A stretch of DNA of 56,001 nucleotides, the filler included, from Stramenopiles sp. TOSAG23-2 (taxonomy: Eukaryota), in NCBI GenBank assembly GCA_900128395.1. It is 5 parts of 5 records of this genome, joined end to end, with 100 filler letters (N's around TTAATTAATTAA, not from the genome) between each part and the next. Parts side by side here need not be neighbours in the genome. Positions count along the whole stretch, not along the records: positions 44,894 to 56,001 come from LT649964.1; 4 more parts are not named here. One strand, given 5' to 3'. The position numbers and the translations under genes are program-made. Under the pieces are notes generated by a model. The model was not told the origin of the DNA. It worked only from the letters and a program-made list of their open reading frames with translations, and searched no databases. The stretch's first letter is position 1; every line of letters begins with the position of its first letter. Below are positions 52,149 through 56,001 of this stretch, one piece after another.

Positions 52149-53538
52149 TTACTGCCTAGTGGCGGCTTCCAGTACGTCAGTCTCCTCAACATACTGTGCA
52201 TACTCTTTTGTGCTTTCAATTTTTTTAAAATGACGATCAACTGAAGTTTTAAATTTACCAAAACGTTTTCTTCCATCTCTTCTTAATACGCGCATCCATG
52301 ACCCTTTGTTAATTCTCGTCGTAATATTCCCACCATCAGCCGGGTGCATAAATGTTGTATAAATAGTATCATCAACACAAATAGTTTTTGTTGTCATTAA
52401 TTGCCACATTGTAGTTTCAGTGACATCATCATCTTCCACAGTATTTAAACACGATTGAACAAATAAGCGCCTTTTTCTACTGTCGCATATATTTTGCCAG
52501 TCATTTTCAATGTACGTAGTAATACTATTATCCGTTGGATCTTGTTTAGAGCAGTCCATGTTTGTTTGGACTAAACACGATGTACCATCATCCCCAAGGA
52601 ATACAACATCCTTTTCAGGATCGTTAGGGGAACGGTCGCGAGTGATGATTGCGCCTTCGTCTACACCACATCCACAAACAGTAAAATATACTGGAACTAT
52701 TAATTCAACATTTTGCAACCAATCTACTGCATCAGTAAACGTCTCGCACGTTTCCATTGCGTCTCTTACGGCGTAACCTACAGGCCAATTCCCGACAATT
52801 AAACGAAACAGGTTTTGCAACATAACAATTTCGCCATATTTATCCATCCCTTTTGATCGTCGGTAGTTTACAGAAACTGAAAATGAATTTGCTTTCACTC
52901 CAGTTAATACACCAATATAGCCAACTGGGTGTGAAACGCAAAACATGTGTATATGTTAGTTAATTATTATATATTCTGGAACGTTATCGATATGATTTTA
53001 AGTAAAAAAACGTACCCCATGTCGTGCAACTGAATAGAACTTCCTTGTTTTTCGTGTAATTTACCCGAATAGTTAAGTCAGACAATCCATCCATATCCCA
53101 ATCCATAGTGCGTATATGCAACGGGCTACCCGCAGCTTCAAATCTACCTTTGATAACAGATGTGCAGCCTGTTGATGCTTCATACGCAATTTGTAAGAGG
53201 ACAACTTGCCCAAACGAAAGATTAGCAGCCTTTGCAATTCCATTTAACTCTTTTATATGTATAACCAACCCAAAGTAAGATGCAAATGAAATAATAGGTG
53301 CAACTATTGATTCCCCATACTCTCCTAATATGTCTTTTGAAGCTTCCAATACAATCGGTAGTTTATCTTTGTAATCATTTATGATATGGGTCCATCTATC
53401 TTCTGGTGGTAGATCAAGGTCAACAGTATAAGTTGGAACATTTTCAAATTTACTTTTATCGCGAAGTTGAGGAGATGAAATTTTCGTAGCAACACTCTTT
53501 CCCCTCTTCTTCGTTTTTGTTCTTGTCTTTTTTGGCAT
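52149..53538 (-). CDS. Acid ceramidase / NAAA-like Ntn hydrolase (two exons; intron 52925-53015)
   Basis: VDLDLPPEDRW, nucleophile GCTS, HIRTMDW; splicing GTACGT..CTAAC..CAG gives TTWVGYIGVLTGVK; GAIITR, LVQTN.D. Confidence 0.9.
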
Positions 53539-54266
53539 TGGTTAAACTTGTAATATATGTATACTGTATATATATGTATTCGATAATTCAATTTCAAAAG
53601 ATAATAATGTTATACAATCGTATTGATTATTATATATCTTCCTGATAATTCGTATAATATATTTAAAAATATATGTCCAAATATATGTATACTATTATAT
53701 ATAGACGATTTTTACAACATTAATATTAGATTATTGGCTACGTTATTGCACTATTGAATGACAAAATTTACCAATAATCAAAAGAAATATAAAGATGATA
53801 TGAAATGAACTTTTTCACTTGATTTTCGAAATAATAATTGTCGTTTTTGAATATCTATACTTTTTGAGGGAACAAATACAAATTTGTATAAAATGATACT
53901 TCTAACTTTCTTAAAAAGTAAAATGTATATACAATTTGTATGAATTTATGATTAATTTGTTAAACTTGTGTTTCTTTTCTTTTCTTTTCTTTTCTTTTCT
54001 ATCTGTGTATGTGTATGTTAATGTGTTTAGTCAAAATAATATAGTAATAAAAAATGTTGTTCTTTAAATTTTAAATAGCAGGTAAATAGGCCTTGTTAAT
54101 AAATTTCGATGTCATTTCTTATAGTTGAAATTTTTATTACAATGCTGTGTCCATTGTACATATATTCTAGCATAGGACTACGCTTAAAACCAATAGCATA
54201 GGACACAAGGGGTATTATTTTCAATTTGGCATTCGGATTTGGAACAAAACCTTAACCGAGGATATG

Positions 54267-54285
54267 AGGGTTAGGGTTAGGGTTA
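54267..54285 (+). repeat. Three telomere-type (GGGTTA) units in a divergent promoter region
   Basis: AGGGTTAGGGTTAGGGTTA. Confidence 0.7.
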
Positions 54286-54486
54286 TGATGAGTTTGGTTT
54301 TTTTTTTTTTTTTGTTGTTGAATTTAATAATTATTTATATTATTCCCAATAATAACCACAAATAACCCAATAAAAGTTGGATTTACAAGTATATACATAT
54401 GATGTGATGACACCACACCAACCTACATTACTGATCATGCCACATGGTAAATGTGATTACTACTACGACAACCTTCAAACACCACC

Positions 54487-55499
54487 ATGGCAGAATCGAT
54501 TTTTGAAGCATTATTCTTTGGACAACCAAAATCAATCGCAAATAGTAGAAATAATATTGCTAATGCTAATAATTTAAATTCAAATGATAATATCCAATTC
54601 GGTATTAATTGGTGTGAAAGTGATTATAAGAAAACGAAATATATAGCTGAATTTTATAATACTTTTACAAATATTGTGTATATATATGTTGGTATTAAAG
54701 CTATATTGATTTCAAGACAAAAAAAACTTCCATTGCGTTTTTATTTGATTGCATATTTTGTATTATTCACTGGTATAACATCTGCATTATTTCATGCAAC
54801 TTTACAATTAACTCACCAAAGATTAGATGAAATTTTTGAAAATGCAAGTATGATATCAATATATCATACCGTATCGTCATTGTCCATTTATAATACCACG
54901 ACGTCAATCGAATTATATATATTGTTTCATGTTGCATTTTGTATTATAGGTATTTTATTTGTTACGTATTTTTTATTTTGTGAAATACATTTAATTGGTA
55001 TATCTATTTTAAGTGGTAAATTATTATATAATATTGTTACAAACAATGAAGAACAACATCAAGGAAAACACAAATTGTTGTTGTATCGTGTAAAACGAAT
55101 ATTATTTTTAACATTAATCGGTGGAATATGTTGGTTATTGGATCGTATAGCATGTGAACCATTAAAGTCATTTCGTTTTGGATATATACAATTACATGCT
55201 TGGTGTAAGTTCTGCGTACATATATATATATATATTAACACATATGCAATTATATTTATAAATATATATAAGTTTTCTAACACAACAATATTTATGATAT
55301 ATATATTTATTAAATATCATATATTATAGGGCATGTATTTACAGGACTTGCATTGCATGAAGTATTTATAATTACAGTTGCATTGCATTTATATCGATAT
55401 AGAAAAGTTAAAATAGATAATAACGACAAGTCAGTTAAGGATGCATCACATTATATGAAACCATTAAAAAATTATTTTACGCTGAGTAAATTGGTATAA
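54487..55499 (+). CDS. Alkaline ceramidase (ACER/CREST family; two exons; intron 55205-55329)
   Basis: INWCE.DY....IAEFYNTFTN, SALFHATL, LDE; splicing GTAAGT..TAG restores HAWWH; stop at 55497-55499. Confidence 0.92.
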
Positions 55500-56001
55500 A
55501 ATAGCAAATCAAAATGTATCAACGCTCCATGGGTATAAATATCAAAAAGTATAAAGTGTAAAAAGAAGTGTATAAAAAAATACGAGAGTCACAACGAGCC
55601 GAATTCGTGTATAATTGTGTGTGTGACTGAAAAGACATTCGTCGTACGTACATGTTTTAAACAGCTACACGAAGTAATATAATAACTTAAAAGCTGATAT
55701 ACGTATAAATTATAAAAGATTAAAAAATAAAAAATATTTTTTTTTTTTTTAATTACACGCCTGTGGTCGGTTCATATTTTTTTATAATATTTTTTTCATG
55801 TTTCAACAACCCATCCCTCTATCTCTCTCTTTGCAGCTTTTTTAGTTTCCATCATTGTCAGTTTCTTGTTTTTCACATTTTAATAAAAGTCGTTCTCGTT
55901 CATTGTCACCCGCGTTCTCTCCTCATCATACACACATATCCTTGTTTTTACCCTAAAATCATTAAAAACTCCCCCCCCCCCCCTGCCTGAGTGAAATATA
56001 G

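Overview
The window is not one locus. It is five ~11.1-kb contigs (1-11140, 11241-22361, 22462-33581, 33682-44793, 44894-56001) joined in descending size order by an artificial 100-nt N44-TTAATTAATTAA-N44 linker. Contigs 1, 2, 4 and 5 look like nuclear DNA of an AT-rich flagellated protist, probably a heterotrophic stramenopile. They have GT-AG introns, poly-Asn tracts and shared intergenic repeats. Their genes include msrB, a giant kinesin-1, a Sec14 protein, pyruvate kinase with a presequence, a degenerate VPS4, pirin, a cyclin, a Tudor-repeat array, a 2110-aa secreted Cys-rich/collagen protein, two PTS1 crotonases, an alkenal reductase, axonemal p28 and a head-to-head acid/alkaline ceramidase pair. 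Contig 3 is different: intronless, packed wall to wall with abutting or overlapping genes, and free of the host repeats. It encodes a RuvC-type resolvase, two RING proteins, a GT11 fucosyltransferase, a BAF-like protein, a TMEM8/myomaker-like CREST protein and a possible catalytically dead RtcB-fold protein. It is best read as a fragment of an unidentified large eukaryotic dsDNA virus (Mirusviricota or Nucleocytoviricota; no capsid or polymerase gene is present to decide). Many ~90-360-nt duplications are probably assembly artefacts. All family calls come from motif recognition by eye, not database searches.
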